DNA of 63,819 bases, filler included, from Lama guanicoe (Eukaryota), in NCBI GenBank assembly GCA_013239625.1. It is 192 parts of 192 records of this genome, joined end to end, with 100 filler letters (N's around TTAATTAATTAA, not from the genome) between each part and the next. Parts side by side here need not be neighbours in the genome. Positions count along the whole stretch, not along the records: positions 11,977 to 12,209 come from PNXV01044446.1; positions 12,310 to 12,542 come from PNXV01044447.1; positions 12,643 to 12,875 come from PNXV01044448.1; positions 12,976 to 13,208 come from PNXV01044449.1; positions 13,309 to 13,541 come from PNXV01044450.1; positions 13,642 to 13,872 come from PNXV01044451.1; positions 13,973 to 14,205 come from PNXV01044452.1; positions 14,306 to 14,538 come from PNXV01044453.1; 184 more parts are not named here. One strand, given 5' to 3'. Made by a program: the position numbers and the translations under genes. Shown one piece after another: positions 11,877-23,528 of this stretch. A model generated the notes under the pieces. The model had not been told where the DNA came from and ran no database searches. It saw only the letters and a list, made by a program, of their open reading frames with translations. Every line of letters begins with the position of its first letter. Positions within the stretch are counted from its first letter, which is position 1.

Positions 11877-13351
11877 NNNNNNNNNNNNNNNNNNNNNNNN
11901 NNNNNNNNNNNNNNNNNNNNTTAATTAATTAANNNNNNNNNNNNNNNNNNNNNNNNNNNNNNNNNNNNNNNNNNNNGCTGGCTCTTGGTACCTGTCGCCA
12001 GTTAGAAGGCTTCTGCCAGTTTGCACGTTCACAGTGATGGAGAGGGTGGCCCAGCAGGGGCGAGATGCCTGTGGTGACAGGCACACTGGAGTGTAGAATG
12101 GAGGAGAGCCGAGAGACAGCAAAGGCTACAGTGGGCATAACAACTCTTACTGACCGAAGGCCTCCTATGTTCTGGGTAAATCGCAGAACCCTTCACCTTT
12201 CCTATATGTNNNNNNNNNNNNNNNNNNNNNNNNNNNNNNNNNNNNNNNNNNNNTTAATTAATTAANNNNNNNNNNNNNNNNNNNNNNNNNNNNNNNNNNN
12301 NNNNNNNNNTGCTTTATGCAGAGTCATTTTCAGTTACCTAAGACTATCATACTTTCTTGCCACTCCGATACTTCTGAACTGATGTTTGCTCCTCCCAGAA
12401 TATTATTTTGCATTTGGATTGGGTAGCCCTCCCCTCCAATCTGCCTGTCAAACTTGGGAGTCATCTTTCAAGTTTCAGCTCATTTATCTTTCCCTCTATT
12501 AATCCTCTGCCCTCTCTGTTGTGCCTTTTGGGGTTTATGTTGNNNNNNNNNNNNNNNNNNNNNNNNNNNNNNNNNNNNNNNNNNNNTTAATTAATTAANN
12601 NNNNNNNNNNNNNNNNNNNNNNNNNNNNNNNNNNNNNNNNNNTATCTGTTATGCAGTGGGCCCCTCATTCAAGGACTCCAATGCTTGTTCACAGTTTTAG
12701 CCGTTCCTCTAATTTAATCCAGTGAGAGCGTTGCAAAACTGTTTGGCAGGAAGCAGCTATAATCTGTTTTGCAGACATCAGAAATACCCCGAGGAGGAAG
12801 TTAATCGGTGAGAACATAATAAGCCTTTTTTTTTGGGTGAAGACTAAGATGTGGAATATATTTTATCTTAACATTNNNNNNNNNNNNNNNNNNNNNNNNN
12901 NNNNNNNNNNNNNNNNNNNTTAATTAATTAANNNNNNNNNNNNNNNNNNNNNNNNNNNNNNNNNNNNNNNNNNNNGAAACAGAAAGTAGAGATGAATACC
13001 ACAAATAGGTCACTCTCAGATGAATCTTTTCTAATCCCTATCCAGTGCCTTTTCCACTGGAAAATGCTGACTGTGCAGCACATTTTCTTTAGGATCCGCA
13101 GGGAAATCACATATCATGATAAGACAGTTCATAATCTTGGTGAAAGTTAAAGATATAAACATATGAAGATTTTCTGACAAGTTCAGCTGTTTTATATTCA
13201 GCTCATTGNNNNNNNNNNNNNNNNNNNNNNNNNNNNNNNNNNNNNNNNNNNNTTAATTAATTAANNNNNNNNNNNNNNNNNNNNNNNNNNNNNNNNNNNN
13301 NNNNNNNNAAAGTGGCCAGCACTCAGATGTTCATCACATTACGTATTATAC

Positions 13352-13541
13352 TGTGACCTGAAAACTGGGTTCGCTTCTTCGTGGGTGTCCAGCGAAAAGA
13401 CACAACCACGTCAAAGAGCAGGAGAAGGAAGGATTTTATTACTTACAACATGTAAGAACATGGGGAATGTTTTTCAAAGGAATGTCTCGCCAAAGAGCAA
13501 AAGGGAAGATTTAAGCTGAGGGTGCATGCATATTCTTGAAC
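13352..13541 (-). mobile_element. ERV (probably ERV1) LTR, 3' part
   Basis: Starts TGTGAC (minus-strand ...CA terminus), with minus-strand AATAAA at 13435-13440; aaaagacacaacc...ggagaaggaaggattttattactt resembles laurasiatherian ERV1 LTRs. Confidence 0.65.
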
Positions 13542-13641
13542 NNNNNNNNNNNNNNNNNNNNNNNNNNNNNNNNNNNNNNNNNNNNTTAATTAATTAANNN
13601 NNNNNNNNNNNNNNNNNNNNNNNNNNNNNNNNNNNNNNNNN

Positions 13642-13872
13642 CACCCCAGTGTTCATAGCAGCACTATTTACAATAGCCAAGACGTGGAAATAACCTAAAT
13701 GTCCATCAACAGATGACTGGATAAAAAAAACTGTGGTATATTTATACAATGGAATACTACTCAGTCATAAAGATAATAAAACAATGTCATCTGCAGCACA
13801 TGAATGGACCGTCATTCTAAGTGAAGAGAAAGAAAAATACTGTATGATATCACTTATATGTGGAATCTAAAA
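13642..13872 (+). mobile_element. LINE-1 ORF2 end / 3' UTR
   Basis: gttcatagcagcactatttacaatagccaagacgtggaaataacctaaatgtccatcaacagatga...cacttatatgtggaatctaaaa. Confidence 0.93.
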
Positions 13873-15304
13873 NNNNNNNNNNNNNNNNNNNNNNNNNNNN
13901 NNNNNNNNNNNNNNNNTTAATTAATTAANNNNNNNNNNNNNNNNNNNNNNNNNNNNNNNNNNNNNNNNNNNNCAGCAAAGGGCTTGGGAGAATTTATGGC
14001 TGTTCTTAGAGGGCCCATTTCGGGGTCTCCCCCGCTTGGCTCCTTAGCAGAGTAGACGCTCAAAAAACATTTGTGCAGTGATGAACGGTACCCTGTGCCA
14101 CTTTCCCACTGTGTTGTCTCGCTGTTTCTTATTGCTTTGCTGAAACTCTTTATATAGGGTGCTTATTAAACCATGTCCTTTTACGCAAAGCTGATGCGCT
14201 CTGTGNNNNNNNNNNNNNNNNNNNNNNNNNNNNNNNNNNNNNNNNNNNNTTAATTAATTAANNNNNNNNNNNNNNNNNNNNNNNNNNNNNNNNNNNNNNN
14301 NNNNNTTGCAATTATTTATGTGATTTTTTTGGCAATAAGATTTAAATAATAAAAGTGATGAAATTAATGGAAATCTCTATAATTTGAAAAGCTACAGACC
14401 TATGACTATGTTTACCTTACCTTCCTTCCTGCTGGTTAATGTTGTACATTATATGTGCTTTGGTCAAAAGCATAGATTGATAACCAGGCACTGACTTTAG
14501 CAGAGCTTGGGGCAGAAGACTTCTGATTAAATTACAAANNNNNNNNNNNNNNNNNNNNNNNNNNNNNNNNNNNNNNNNNNNNTTAATTAATTAANNNNNN
14601 NNNNNNNNNNNNNNNNNNNNNNNNNNNNNNNNNNNNNNTTGCTTTGCAATAGATATCAGAGTGGAGTTGCTGGTAAACTGCACTGCCTAATTGCTATCCA
14701 GAAGGCTCTCACTCTATGTTGCCCCCAGCAATGCGTAACAGGGCCATAAATCCCCTGCCCTACGTCCCTGCCAGCCTAGGTATAATCTTGTTTTCTGAAT
14801 TTCATCCCTCAAATAGAGGAAAGTTTATGATAGCTAATGACTTTGAGCATCTTTTATGTGTCATAGAACTTNNNNNNNNNNNNNNNNNNNNNNNNNNNNN
14901 NNNNNNNNNNNNNNNTTAATTAATTAANNNNNNNNNNNNNNNNNNNNNNNNNNNNNNNNNNNNNNNNNNNNACTGATAATGTAGGGGTCAAGTATTGGAG
15001 AAAAGAAAATTCAAAATAATTAAGTCATCTCAAAATGTTCCCAGAAGTGATCTAACTGTCTTTATCCTCCCTGGTCAGGGCCATCCACTCAGGTGCCCAC
15101 TACGCAGGCCATGCTGTTGCTCCCAGCTCCAGACTGTCTCTCCATCCACAAGAGCCAATGCTATCTCACCTTCTTCTTTCCTTGAGTAAATAAAAATAGC
15201 TAACNNNNNNNNNNNNNNNNNNNNNNNNNNNNNNNNNNNNNNNNNNNNTTAATTAATTAANNNNNNNNNNNNNNNNNNNNNNNNNNNNNNNNNNNNNNNN
15301 NNNN

Positions 15305-15537
15305 GTCTCTTGCAAGAAGAAGGGAAGAGTCCTGGATGACGACAAGACCTTTTAGTCTGAGTAACTGGAGGTAAGAATTGCTACTTCCTGAGATGGGGCA
15401 GACTTGAGAAAAGCAAGACACCGAGGTGGTGAGGGAGTGGAGGGGGCACACCATGAGTCTGGCTTCAGACGGGTAAATTCTGAGAGGTTTTGATGTCCCG
15501 GAGGGAGGTCAAAAGGAGCAGATGAAGATTCAAGTCA
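15305..15537 (-). mobile_element. LINE-2 fragment
   Basis: gagtcctggatgac...tctgagtaactggagg...tgagatggggcagact resembles antisense L2. Confidence 0.7.
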
Positions 15538-15637
15538 NNNNNNNNNNNNNNNNNNNNNNNNNNNNNNNNNNNNNNNNNNNNTTAATTAATTAANNNNNNN
15601 NNNNNNNNNNNNNNNNNNNNNNNNNNNNNNNNNNNNN

Positions 15638-15870
15638 TTCAGTTAGTCTATATATGAAGATCTTTTTGTCAGTACTACACTGTTTTGACTACCATGGCTT
15701 GATTCTAAACTTTAAGATCAGGATGGGCAAATTCTTCAGCTTTGTGCTTTTTCAAGATGGTTTTGGCTATTCAGTGTCCCTTGAAATTCTGTATTTTAGG
15801 ATGAGTTTTTCCATTTCTATAAAAAAAACTGTCATTGGGATTTTGATGAGGACCTCATTGAAACTGTAGA
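15638..15870 (-). mobile_element. LINE-1 ORF2 fragment
   Basis: cagtactacactgttttgactac...ttttcaagatggttttggctattc...tgggattttgatgagg...ttgaaactgtaga. Confidence 0.88.
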
Positions 15871-15970
15871 NNNNNNNNNNNNNNNNNNNNNNNNNNNNNN
15901 NNNNNNNNNNNNNNTTAATTAATTAANNNNNNNNNNNNNNNNNNNNNNNNNNNNNNNNNNNNNNNNNNNN

Positions 15971-16203
15971 CGAGACGCCGCGGCCGCTGGGAAGTCGCTC
16001 GCCGCCTCTCAGAGCGCCGTACCCACGCTTGCCATCCCGCCCGGCAAGCCCACCCCTGGGAGCTCCTCTCCGCGTGGAATCGCCGGCATGAGGCTCTCTG
16101 CAGCCTCGCTCATGACCTCCCCAGACCGGAAACGGCCTAAAGGTGCGTAAACTTGTAAAATAAATAGATAAAGTCGGCGCTAAAGCTGAGCCGTGGAGCG
16201 CTA
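15971..16203. promoter_or_regulatory. CpG-island-like fragment
   Basis: GC- and CpG-rich contig with a NotI site GCGGCCGC at 15980-15987. Confidence 0.45.
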
Positions 16204-16303
16204 NNNNNNNNNNNNNNNNNNNNNNNNNNNNNNNNNNNNNNNNNNNNTTAATTAATTAANNNNNNNNNNNNNNNNNNNNNNNNNNNNNNNNNNNNNNNNN
16301 NNN

Positions 16304-16536
16304 AGATGTTTAACATCATTAATCGTGAAAACCTAATCATGCAAATCATTCAGTAATTATGCAAATCAAAACCACAGTGAGATACCACCTCACTCCTTTA
16401 TGAAAATTGCCAAGGATATGAAGAATCTGGAACCCTTGTATATACTATTGCTACAAGAATAAAATGGTGCAGCCACCATGGAAAACAAGATAGAGGTTCC
16501 TCAAAAAATTAAAAATACAATCACCAGATGATCCAG
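16304..16536 (+). mobile_element. LINE-1 ORF2 3' fragment
   Basis: atgcaaatcaaaaccacagtgagataccacctcac...aaaatggtgcagccaccatggaaaac...gaggttcctcaaaaaattaaaaata. Confidence 0.88.
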
Positions 16537-17302
16537 NNNNNNNNNNNNNNNNNNNNNNNNNNNNNNNNNNNNNNNNNNNNTTAATTAATTAANNNNNNNN
16601 NNNNNNNNNNNNNNNNNNNNNNNNNNNNNNNNNNNNTTGTGGGAGGCATGCTAGCAATTAATACTGGGCTGAAGAGTCAGGAAGAGTTTGGCACAAGACA
16701 TGGAGTATGACAGAAAGGCTTGGGAGTGAAGAAAAAGACAGGCAGTGTTTACCCTCCCCCTCCCAGCCTTGCCCTTCTCTCTCTGCATCCACATTCCATC
16801 TCTCCTGGAGCTGATGCTGGGCTGGATAATCTGAGGAGGGAAAGAAAGAAGAATGACGGTGGAATAAAANNNNNNNNNNNNNNNNNNNNNNNNNNNNNNN
16901 NNNNNNNNNNNNNTTAATTAATTAANNNNNNNNNNNNNNNNNNNNNNNNNNNNNNNNNNNNNNNNNNNNAAAATGAGTTACTTTTTACTGTACTTGAGAA
17001 TATATGTTGATCATTACCCAAGGTTACATACTGGCTTTTGGCATTTTGTAAAATAAGTTGGATTAAATGATAGCATAATCCTTGAGGATTATTACAGAGA
17101 AGTCCCTGATGTGTACAAGTTTTACTTGTATTCAGTTTTCAACAGACATTTCTGTGAGTACTATCTTAAAGATTATATGTCTGTTGGAAGAAAACTTTGT
17201 AANNNNNNNNNNNNNNNNNNNNNNNNNNNNNNNNNNNNNNNNNNNNTTAATTAATTAANNNNNNNNNNNNNNNNNNNNNNNNNNNNNNNNNNNNNNNNNN
17301 NN

Positions 17303-17535
17303 TGCCTTGCAAACAGCGGCCTTCTTACTGGGTCCTCACATGGTCTCTCCTATTGCACAAGCACCTCCGGTGTCTCTGAGTCCCAGCGTCCTCCTCTTGT
17401 CAGGACACCAGCCATACTGGGTTACAGGTCACCCCGATTTAACCTCGTTACCTTTTTGAAGGGTCTACCTCCAAACACAGTCACACTGTGAGTTACTAGG
17501 GGTGAGGGCTTCAACACACGAATTCAGCTCCTAGC
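17303..17535 (-). mobile_element. MLT1 (ERVL-MaLR) LTR fragment
   Basis: gtcctcacatggtc...aggacaccagccatactggg...ctccaaacacagtcacactgtgag...agggcttcaacacacgaatt is antisense MLT1A/B-like. Confidence 0.8.
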
Positions 17536-17968
17536 NNNNNNNNNNNNNNNNNNNNNNNNNNNNNNNNNNNNNNNNNNNNTTAATTAATTAANNNNNNNNN
17601 NNNNNNNNNNNNNNNNNNNNNNNNNNNNNNNNNNNGTAAGTTTGCCATAAGCTGCCACAACCAGCCGGCCCAGAGGCAGAGGAGTAGCATCCAGGATCAG
17701 GCAGGTGTGCCAGGGGGCGCCGAGCCTGACGCATCCATGTCCGACAGCACCTGCAGGCCGAGCTGCCCAGTGGGCAGGGGTCGGCCCAAGGCCACTGCCG
17801 CGGTGACACCGGGCAGGAACCTGGGGCCCCTGGAGGCTCCTGGCCTGGGCAGAGGGCAGCTCTCCTCGNNNNNNNNNNNNNNNNNNNNNNNNNNNNNNNN
17901 NNNNNNNNNNNNTTAATTAATTAANNNNNNNNNNNNNNNNNNNNNNNNNNNNNNNNNNNNNNNNNNNN

Positions 17969-18201
17969 CCCAGTTGTGTGCATTCCCAGGGGTGTGGAGA
18001 CACAAGAGGGAGCAGGCCCAGGATTGTGCAGTCCCAGGTGTGTGCACGCCTATGAGTGTGCAGACACAGGAGGTAGCAGACACAGGTGTGTCCATGCCAA
18101 GGGGTGTGCAGGCCCAGGAGTGTTCAGGCCCAGGAGTGTGCAGTCCCAGGTGTGTGCATGCCCAAGGTTGTGCAGACACAGGAGGTTGCAAGCACAGTGG
18201 T
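17969..18201. repeat. 16-bp minisatellite (consensus TGTGCAGNCCCAGGWG), 14 in-phase units
   Basis: Units start at 17977 and every 16 bp to 18185, with no indels. Confidence 0.93.
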
Positions 18202-18448
18202 NNNNNNNNNNNNNNNNNNNNNNNNNNNNNNNNNNNNNNNNNNNNTTAATTAATTAANNNNNNNNNNNNNNNNNNNNNNNNNNNNNNNNNNNNNNNNNNN
18301 NTACACATGCGGAGAGAAAACCTCCACTGGCAGTAACATATTGCTGTAGGCTTTTATGTAATTATGGTTAAAGCATTAAGATGTTTTTCAAGTCTGTCTT
18401 GTGCAATGACTGATCTTGCTACTTCAACTTCCGTATAAAATCCATTAC

Positions 18449-18534
18449 AGCAGAGAGGTGAAGAGCACCAGCCTCTGAAGTCAGACTGGCTGGCTTAGAA
18501 TCATCTCTGAATCGAGCCATGTGGTCTTTGGCAA
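18449..18534 (+). mobile_element. MIR 5' fragment
   Basis: aagagcaccagcctctgaagtcagactggctggcttagaatc...tgtggtctttggcaa. Confidence 0.55.
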
Positions 18535-19633
18535 NNNNNNNNNNNNNNNNNNNNNNNNNNNNNNNNNNNNNNNNNNNNTTAATTAATTAANNNNNNNNNN
18601 NNNNNNNNNNNNNNNNNNNNNNNNNNNNNNNNNNTTTGTTAAACCTATATTCCTGCTCTTTATTCAGTATCTATAATGGATTCGTGTTTCGGTCTTGTTG
18701 CTGTCCTAACTGCTCCTGAAAAACAAAACACCGAAACCTAACGTGTTCATTTCCAAAGCAAGCGTGAGGATTGCGCTCAGTACTAATGCTGCGTGAATGG
18801 ATAGTTGGCTTTCATATGTACATATAATTGATTATGTGTCCCTTTTGGCTTTTAGATTCTACTGAAANNNNNNNNNNNNNNNNNNNNNNNNNNNNNNNNN
18901 NNNNNNNNNNNTTAATTAATTAANNNNNNNNNNNNNNNNNNNNNNNNNNNNNNNNNNNNNNNNNNNNATTTTGGAGAATAAAAATATGGCTGACATATTA
19001 AATAACTAACATTACTTAAATGTCTTTTTGTGGTTTGCATATGCTAATAATTTGGACATATATGGATTTCTTGAATCACATTCATTCTTTATTATTTCTA
19101 CATTTAACATTATTTAATTTTGTAAAATGAATTTCTGAAGTTGATTTTTCTTTTCACTCCTCCACAATTAGTGTCTTATTTTGATCAAAACATTCATTTT
19201 NNNNNNNNNNNNNNNNNNNNNNNNNNNNNNNNNNNNNNNNNNNNTTAATTAATTAANNNNNNNNNNNNNNNNNNNNNNNNNNNNNNNNNNNNNNNNNNNN
19301 AGGGACGGAATCGGGGCAGCCCGCGCGCCAGAGCCTGTGTCCCGCAGCCGAAACCACTGTCAGAGTTCCAGCTGTCGTGCTGAGGGTGGACTGAAAAGAG
19401 GAATAAAATAACCGGAAATGAGGACGGGGATCCTGATCTGCACGTAATCACAGCAGAGCATGGATCGCAAAGCATCACATCACGATTGTTATGCTCGGCT
19501 CAAATTACAGTCAAGGTGGCGACCACAACGCAGNNNNNNNNNNNNNNNNNNNNNNNNNNNNNNNNNNNNNNNNNNNNTTAATTAATTAANNNNNNNNNNN
19601 NNNNNNNNNNNNNNNNNNNNNNNNNNNNNNNNN

Positions 19634-19866
19634 TGCATACAGAATTCTTTTATTTAACTTAAACCATGTAGTACTTTAACTAGTAGAAAAAAGCAGAGTA
19701 AGAGAAACTAAAGTTACCTTAGCTTCAGCCATTCAGAACAGACAAAGTTTCTTTTTTTCCATAATGTAAAGAATCCAGAGTATATCACAATAACAGGAAA
19801 GAATTCTTACAACAGAATATACAAAAAACATTTTGAAAATTTTTTATGTAAACAGAGGATTTTTTT
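19634..19866 (-). other. Probable mRNA 3' UTR terminus with poly(A) signal (gene not firmly identified)
   Basis: Minus strand ends ...aaagtactacatggtttaagttaAATAAAaagaattctgtatgca; AATAAA (19649-19654) lies 15 nt before the contig end. Resembles a conserved human mRNA end, tentatively recalled as FOXO3 (unverified). Confidence 0.45.
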
Positions 19867-20299
19867 NNNNNNNNNNNNNNNNNNNNNNNNNNNNNNNNNN
19901 NNNNNNNNNNTTAATTAATTAANNNNNNNNNNNNNNNNNNNNNNNNNNNNNNNNNNNNNNNNNNNNGTTTCCTTAAAGAAAGTGTGTATTATTCTCACAA
20001 TGGGAAAATAAATAAACTTTAATGGATAAATAAACCTAGTTGCAGGGGCAGATTTCTTAGGCCCACACTAAGGTTTTCACTGATGCTGTGGGCATCCAAC
20101 ATCATGAGTTTACACTGTCGAGAAAGACTTGCACCCCCACCTGGGCTTCATGCTTACCCTGGCTCCCTAGGTCCTGCCCAGGGCACATGACTGAGATCCN
20201 NNNNNNNNNNNNNNNNNNNNNNNNNNNNNNNNNNNNNNNNNNNTTAATTAATTAANNNNNNNNNNNNNNNNNNNNNNNNNNNNNNNNNNNNNNNNNNNN

Positions 20300-20865
20300 T
20301 GACAGAGTACTTGTTCTTCTCATATTTAAAAGATTTTCACAGTTCACAAATCTTTTTCTCTCATCACCTCTCATTTCGCTTCCTAATCCCAGCTCTTATT
20401 CTCTCCCCTGCCTCATATTCCACTCCAGTTATCCTTATTAACATTCATGAGAGAAGTGGTGATTATGGCTTGACCACTTTGCCGTCAGCTTTAAGTCTCC
20501 CATGCTTCCAACATCATTTTGGGGTGTTTTTCNNNNNNNNNNNNNNNNNNNNNNNNNNNNNNNNNNNNNNNNNNNNTTAATTAATTAANNNNNNNNNNNN
20601 NNNNNNNNNNNNNNNNNNNNNNNNNNNNNNNNTGACAGAGTACTTGTTCTTCTCATATTTAAAAGATTTTCACAGTTCACAGATCTTTTCCTCTCATCAC
20701 CTCTCATTTCGCTTCCTAATCCCAGCTCTTATTCTCTCCTCTGCCTCATATTCCACTCCAGTTATCCTTATTTACATTCATGAGAGAAGTGGTAATTATG
20801 GCTTGACCACTTTGCTGTCAGCTTTAAGTCTCCCATGCTTCCAACATCATTTTGGGGTGTTTTTC
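20300..20865 (+). repeat. Two adjacent near-identical contigs (20300-20532 and 20633-20865)
   Basis: Manual alignment: same ends, 6 substitutions, no indels. Confidence 0.97.
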
Positions 20866-21298
20866 NNNNNNNNNNNNNNNNNNNNNNNNNNNNNNNNNNN
20901 NNNNNNNNNTTAATTAATTAANNNNNNNNNNNNNNNNNNNNNNNNNNNNNNNNNNNNNNNNNNNNAAGGGATGAATCTGACCTCTATCCTGTGACCCACA
21001 CCAGCTCCTCCTGCTGACGCCTCCGCCTGAGCAAAAGCGGAGCGCAGGAGAGGCTCCGTAAGTGCCCCCAGGCAGCGGCCCTGCAGAGGCACCTAGGGTT
21101 TACAGCTGCAAAGGGGGTGCACTCAGTTTCACATCGGGAGTCTCTCAGCCCACCTGCACGTGGCAGTGGGAGAACCTGCCTATGCAGCTGGTCTCAGTNN
21201 NNNNNNNNNNNNNNNNNNNNNNNNNNNNNNNNNNNNNNNNNNTTAATTAATTAANNNNNNNNNNNNNNNNNNNNNNNNNNNNNNNNNNNNNNNNNNNN

Positions 21299-21530
21299 TT
21301 CGGAGCACAGATTACAGAATATAGAATACTTAATACAGAACCCAGAATCTAGAACATGGAATTCACAACAGAGTATTTAGAATATAGAATACAGAATACA
21401 GAATATTGAATGTAGTACACAGATTGTAGAACACAGTATATAGAATATAGAATACAGAATTCAGAACCCATATTTTAGAACATGGAATTCAGAACACAAA
21501 ATTTAGAATATTGAATAGAGAATATAGAAT
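21299..21530. repeat. Degenerate 7-bp satellite (AGAATAY)n
   Basis: Whole contig built of agaatat/agaatac/agaacac variants; TAGAACATGGAATTCA recurs at 21350 and 21476. Confidence 0.9.
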
Positions 21531-22415
21531 NNNNNNNNNNNNNNNNNNNNNNNNNNNNNNNNNNNNNNNNNNNNTTAATTAATTAANNNNNNNNNNNNNN
21601 NNNNNNNNNNNNNNNNNNNNNNNNNNNNNNGCAATCTCAAGGAAAGAAGCAATGTATTACACCTGTGTCGTCCAGTTCTGATTTACGCTGTAGCCATGGT
21701 GATGTCTGTCAAACTTACAACTAAACAATGGGAATGTTCACACAGTTATTGTGTAGTGATGTTATTCTATATTCTGGCAAGAGTGGGTCAAAATGAAAAA
21801 GGTTGTCGACATGAAGATAGCAAACCTTAAGATCCATGATCTGCACTTGGTGCTTGACTTGGCNNNNNNNNNNNNNNNNNNNNNNNNNNNNNNNNNNNNN
21901 NNNNNNNTTAATTAATTAANNNNNNNNNNNNNNNNNNNNNNNNNNNNNNNNNNNNNNNNNNNNTTCACCTAGCTTGTTGGGAACACAAAGTTTTTTTTCA
22001 GTTGCAAATTCCGCTACATACATATATAAGGGGCGGTACAAGCTCGAACACGGTTTTACAGTGAAAATTGCAGGAACGTCAAACCTGCACTAGGAAACAG
22101 AATGAGAAACCGGAGTAAGAGTTTCACCTGCAAACTCTTCCATTTGTGCAAGATGAACGAATGTCTTTCCACATGCTCAGTATTGAGAGTTAAACCNNNN
22201 NNNNNNNNNNNNNNNNNNNNNNNNNNNNNNNNNNNNNNNNTTAATTAATTAANNNNNNNNNNNNNNNNNNNNNNNNNNNNNNNNNNNNNNNNNNNNAAGT
22301 TTGGGAAGCTTCATCAGCTGAGAGTCCACCCAGCTGGAAAGGTGGTGAAACAGAGCTGCTAGCTCGCTCTCAGACTAGAACGTGCAACCCCTTCAGTTTC
22401 CCTTATCTCTAGAGC

Positions 22416-22529
22416 CATGGTTCACACAGTGCCAGACCCGTAGCATCAGAATCATCCGGGAATTTATGGGAAATGCAAATTCCCTGACCCTGCCCCAGAA
22501 TGACCAAATTAGAAACTCTGAGCATGAAA
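22416..22529. mobile_element. MER5A (hAT-Charlie) remnant
   Basis: agcatcagaatcatccgggaatttatgggaaatgcaaattccc...gccccaga...agaaactctg, preceded by TCTAGA. Confidence 0.75.
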
Positions 22530-23295
22530 NNNNNNNNNNNNNNNNNNNNNNNNNNNNNNNNNNNNNNNNNNNNTTAATTAATTAANNNNNNNNNNNNNNN
22601 NNNNNNNNNNNNNNNNNNNNNNNNNNNNNGCATATAAAGGAAATATGGATTCCTGAGAGTAAAAATAGATAAAAGAGATATTAACTCAAGACAGACAGAG
22701 GACAGACGTGAGTAATAATCAGAGGGTAAAAGACAGAAAGGAGTCCCAAAGTCAGAGCTGTCACATCCTCAGAAAGCTCCTGACAAGCTCCCCGTACAAA
22801 AAACAAACAAATAAATGAAATAGGCGTGTAACAGTGACCAGTAAAAGAAAAAACTCAAAATCNNNNNNNNNNNNNNNNNNNNNNNNNNNNNNNNNNNNNN
22901 NNNNNNTTAATTAATTAANNNNNNNNNNNNNNNNNNNNNNNNNNNNNNNNNNNNNNNNNNNNTGAAACACAAAATCATTGAAGACACTCATGAGGAGTTC
23001 ATACAATATATATGAATTGAATTTGGAAGGGAATGAGGAATCGTGTATGGAGAAATGTGGACAGAGTTGTGAAGGAAGCCAACCCTGGCTGCGGTCTTAC
23101 AAAGCAGATCAGTGTCGGGGGGCAGAAGAGAAAGCACGGTGATCATGAGATTAATTGGACCGTCTGCACCACAGTTCACAGGAGGAGGGATGGAANNNNN
23201 NNNNNNNNNNNNNNNNNNNNNNNNNNNNNNNNNNNNNNNTTAATTAATTAANNNNNNNNNNNNNNNNNNNNNNNNNNNNNNNNNNNNNNNNNNNN

Positions 23296-23528
23296 CAGAG
23301 GGAGGCATTACTAGAGTAGAAATCAATATAATCACTGAAACAAGGTATTATACTGCTAACTTTGAAGACAGAGGAAGGGGTTATGAGCCAAGAAATACAA
23401 GGAATGCAGCTCTAGAATTGGAAAAAATGAGAAAATGGGATTCTCCCCTTGGAGCCACTGGGGAGACCATAGCTCTGCAAATACCTTGATTTCAGCCCAA
23501 TGAAACTGACTTGGACTTCTGGCCTCCA
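23296..23528 (+). mobile_element. MLT1 (ERVL-MaLR) LTR fragment
   Basis: ctttgaagacagaggaaggggttatgagccaagaaat...gattctcccctt...accttgatttcagcccaatgaaactgacttggacttctggcctcca. Confidence 0.85.

Noticed and set aside
16339..16366. Paired octamer motifs ATGCAAAT as an Oct-factor enhancer
   Set aside because: ATGCAAAT is part of the normal L1 ORF2 sequence here, and the second copy is a small local duplication.
20311..20913. Tandemly duplicated gene MFFSYLKDFHSSQI...
   Set aside because: Twin contigs placed next to each other by the assembly pipeline; TTG start and mostly nonsynonymous differences.
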